A stretch of DNA of 64,000 nucleotides from Amoebophrya sp. A120 (lineage: Eukaryota > Protista > Dinoflagellata): the NCBI GenBank assembly GCA_905178155.1, contig CAJINV010000003.1, positions 956,968 through 1,020,967 of the forward strand, read 5' to 3'. Both the position numbers and the translations under genes were made by a program. Shown here piece by piece: positions 61,168-64,000 of the stretch (the first letter of the stretch is position 1; every line of letters begins with the position of its first letter). The notes under the pieces were generated by a model. That model worked only from the letters and a program-made list of their open reading frames with translations, was not told the DNA's origin and searched no databases.

Positions 61168-62871
61168 TCAGTCCCCACGCGCGGACTCCACCTGCTCCAG
61201 AAAGATGCCGACGTGGCGCGCAAGCATTTTGGCGGCCCGCACTTCCGCGTCTGCAAAGCCGGATTTTCGTTCGGAGTTCACCAACTGCACAACCGCCACG
61301 ACATTTTCCGACGGGTCCGACAAAGCAACAGCTGGCTTCTTTCCCGTGGTCGCAGAAGAAGTACTAGAGCTGCTTGTCGTGGTGCCCTCAGAAGAAGTTT
61401 CTACCGCGCTACAGGACGACGTTGACGGCGAGTGTTGGAACACGGGGACGCAGAGGATGTTGCGCGTGCGGAACCCCGTCTTGTCGTCGTGATCGCGGTT
61501 GAATTTCGAGTGGCGATACACATCGGGAACGTTGACCACGTCGGCCTCGAGCACGGCCGTGCCGACCAGCGACTTGTCCACTGGAACCTTGATGATCTCC
61601 TTGACCCCGGTTGCCGCGCGGGTCCACAGCTCCTGCTTCTCGTGGTCCACCACAAACAGGCTGCACCTGTGGAGGTGGAGTATTAGTTTTCATTTTTTCA
61701 GCATCAAGACGAAGACCAATTCAACAAAAATTTCAACATAACAAGAACAAATCCTCGATCACCCTTCTTCTACACTCGCATCAGAAGCAGAACGACCAGC
61801 AGAGATAATCTCAGATAAAATTAAAATTTCAGAAGCCTCAATATACCGCTCCGCCCCCAGCGTTTCCGATCCCTCGACAATGACGGTGCGGAAAATGGTG
61901 TCGAGCTCTTGCTGCTTTTTTGCGCGGTCCGCGGCGTCCAGGTCCATGAACAGCAGGCTGGTCATGCCCAGACAGCACCCCACAATGACGCCGCACACGC
62001 TGCCAAAGGTCACGCACCGTTTCGCGTCGGGCAGCTGGCGTTGCTCGGTCGTGAGGTCCGCGACGGGCAGCCCGAGCTTGGCGCACAGATTGTCCACGAC
62101 GCCCCCAAAGCACACCCCACTGACGTCACTGAATACCTGCCCGCAGGCCGCCGCCGTGAGGGTGGCGAGCCCGAGGTGGACGCCAATCGTGTTGTCGATC
62201 AGGTCGCCGGCCTGGATCATGACCATGTTGTCCATGAACCCGAAACCGATCATGGGAACCGCACTGGACACGAACAACTTCCGCTTGTCGGCCGAGGTGA
62301 CGTTTACTACTTTTGGTGCAGCCGGCCTAGTATCGCTGTGATGACCATCTTCGCCATTGTTGTTCCCCGGAAGCTTTTTTGGATCTTGCGACGACAGGAC
62401 CACGTCCGACTCCGAGTTGCTTCCAACACCGTCGGAGGACAGCGCGTTCGCGTTAGTACTGACGGTTACACTAACGGTCTGGTTCTGTGCGGTGGGGTCG
62501 GGTGAACAAGTACTAGGTCGCGCCGACGCTGCAGCGCTGCCCGCAGCTGCTGCGGCAAGATCCTTCAACTTCGTGCGCTGTTGCTCGGCGTTGCCTGCAG
62601 TGGTGTTGCCATTGTGGACAATCGTAGGCGTCGACGCGAAGGGTCTTCGGTGGAATGTTCTTGTGTAAGTGACATTTGAAAGGGTTCTTTCAAATGAGAT
62701 TCTTGTGCGATGCGGCGGCAGGAATGCAGTGGTTGCAAAAGTCAACGGTCGCGGGTTTTTCGTCGCCGCACCGGAAAGAGCCCCGAATGCCGCTCTCGTC
62801 CCAAAGTTGTAGACCGCTGCCGAAGGAGTTCTAGAGGATGTGGTCCTGCGAATTGCCGATGACGTGAGCAT
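61168..62871 (-). CDS. TMEM65-like mitochondrial membrane protein fused to a C-terminal GAF domain (exons 62871-61847, 61666-61168; 507 aa)
   Basis: VPMIGFGFMDNMVMIQAGDLID..TAAACGQVFSDVSG..GVIVGCCLGM (TMEM65); GT-AG intron joins AER|CSLFVVD..NVPDVYRHSKFN..DDKTGFRTRNILCVPV..VVQLVN (GAF); R/S/T-rich N-terminus. Confidence 0.85.
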
Positions 62872-63563
62872 TTTGATTCGAGGTATAATAATTGAGATGC
62901 AAAAATGTCCTGCACCTAGTTTTGAAAATGGTTTGTTTCCTTGGTGAAAGTGTCTGTGAGACTGAGATGACCCCTCGTCCCAAGAGTAACCTGCCCTTTT
63001 CAGGCCTGAAAATCCGTCTTTGTTTGCGGTGACGAAAAGAAAGAAGCAGACACAAGTACCTTGTCTTCCTGTGAGCATTGCGGTTGTGGATTTAGTTTTG
63101 TCGATTTGCATTTCTTCCAGTTTTGGCATTCTCATAGTTCTTTCGAGTATATGTCTTTTTTATCAGCAGCCTGCGTAAAAGAACAGGAAAAAACGTGAGA
63201 TTTTCCGCTCTTCTCTCCTCGTTGTCATGCAGCAGCAAAAAAGCGGCACAAAAAAACCACAGACATGAGACACAAACGGTTCTTTGTCTTTCTCCGAGAT
63301 AACCCAAATAGAAAGTAAAAAAACTAAATCTAAAAGCGCACCAGACACAAGCAAGTCAAAAAAAGCGGTTGTAATTCATAGGAGCACGCGATCGCGGTAT
63401 CTTCTGCGGCGCCCGAGCATCTTTACAAGCCTTGGCCTGAAGATTGTGATTCTTGTTCTTTCGATATCGATTCTTTATTTACTGTACTGAAAGGGATGCA
63501 CCAGCAACACAGATGTGCACATACCACGTTGAGTTTGTTCTTGCGTCACTGCAGGAGTTTTCA

Positions 63564-64000
63564 TCAATTGTTTTCCACGAGGTGGTATATTTTTCGTTGG
63601 TCATCCCACCGAAGCGACTCACTGAATGAGCACTCCTCGACGTTAGTACCTCCACCGCGCTGGCGGTTTTGCGCTGTCGGCGTGGCGGCGTGCGAAACGG
63701 GTCGGTTGGAAAAGGACACCGGGCCGTGGAGCGACGCGGTGGAGTTTGACCGAGCGAGCACGCGGCTCTTCGCTCTCTCCGCCATCGACACAGCAGGTCC
63801 TCGAGCACTGCCACTGCTCATGTTGTTTTCCTCCTTCTTTTCGACATGAGGCGGCTGGTCCCTAATTTCTATCCCGTTAGTCGTGTTTGCCTGTGGTTTA
63901 ACCGGCTGCGACGCTGGGGAGGAGAACCGTGAAGGTCGCTGCACGGGCGTGCTCCTTCTGCTCGTCCCAGCACTTGTTACAACCTCTTTCCCGACGAGCG
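63564..64000 (-). CDS. Partial hypothetical protein (3' part; runs off the window)
   Basis: Low-complexity ORF 63564-63944 in the dominant orientation; no recognised domain. Confidence 0.35.
   Translation of the reverse strand, partial: LVGKEVVTSAGTSRRSTPVQRPSRFSSPASQPVKPQANTTNGIEIRDQPPHVEKKEENNMSSGSARGPAVSMAERAKSRVLARSNSTASLHGPVSFSNRPVSHAATPTAQNRQRGGGTNVEECSFSESLRWDDQRKIYHLVENN

Overview
Eukaryotic (protist) genomic scaffold in the standard genetic code, with one 880-N gap (40252-41131). Gene style, long co-oriented gene runs and the intron type resemble the parasitic dinoflagellate-lineage genus Amoebophrya (inference from features; no search run). Two + strand genes (a SNF2/RING helicase and a tandem zinc-finger membrane protein) converge, across an unusual AT-rich block, on about 48 kb of - strand genes. 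These include a Kir-like channel, an amidohydrolase, a C69 dipeptidase, MUS81, a repeat-domain protein, an MRM2/RlmE methyltransferase and a TMEM65-GAF fusion. The main signal is about 24 non-canonical 'introner' insertions of 150-670 bp, from at least 7 families. Nearly all start TAT and end ATA, carry terminal inverted repeats (TIRs) and are flanked by a 5-bp target-site duplication (TSD). They lack a consistent GT-AG pair, share an internal GCATNACA motif, occur in both orientations relative to the transcript, and one is nested in another. Removing each element plus one TSD copy restores conserved reading frames: MRM2 365 aa, MUS81 1323 aa, C69 peptidase 789 aa. Ordinary GT-AG introns coexist with them, sometimes in the same gene.
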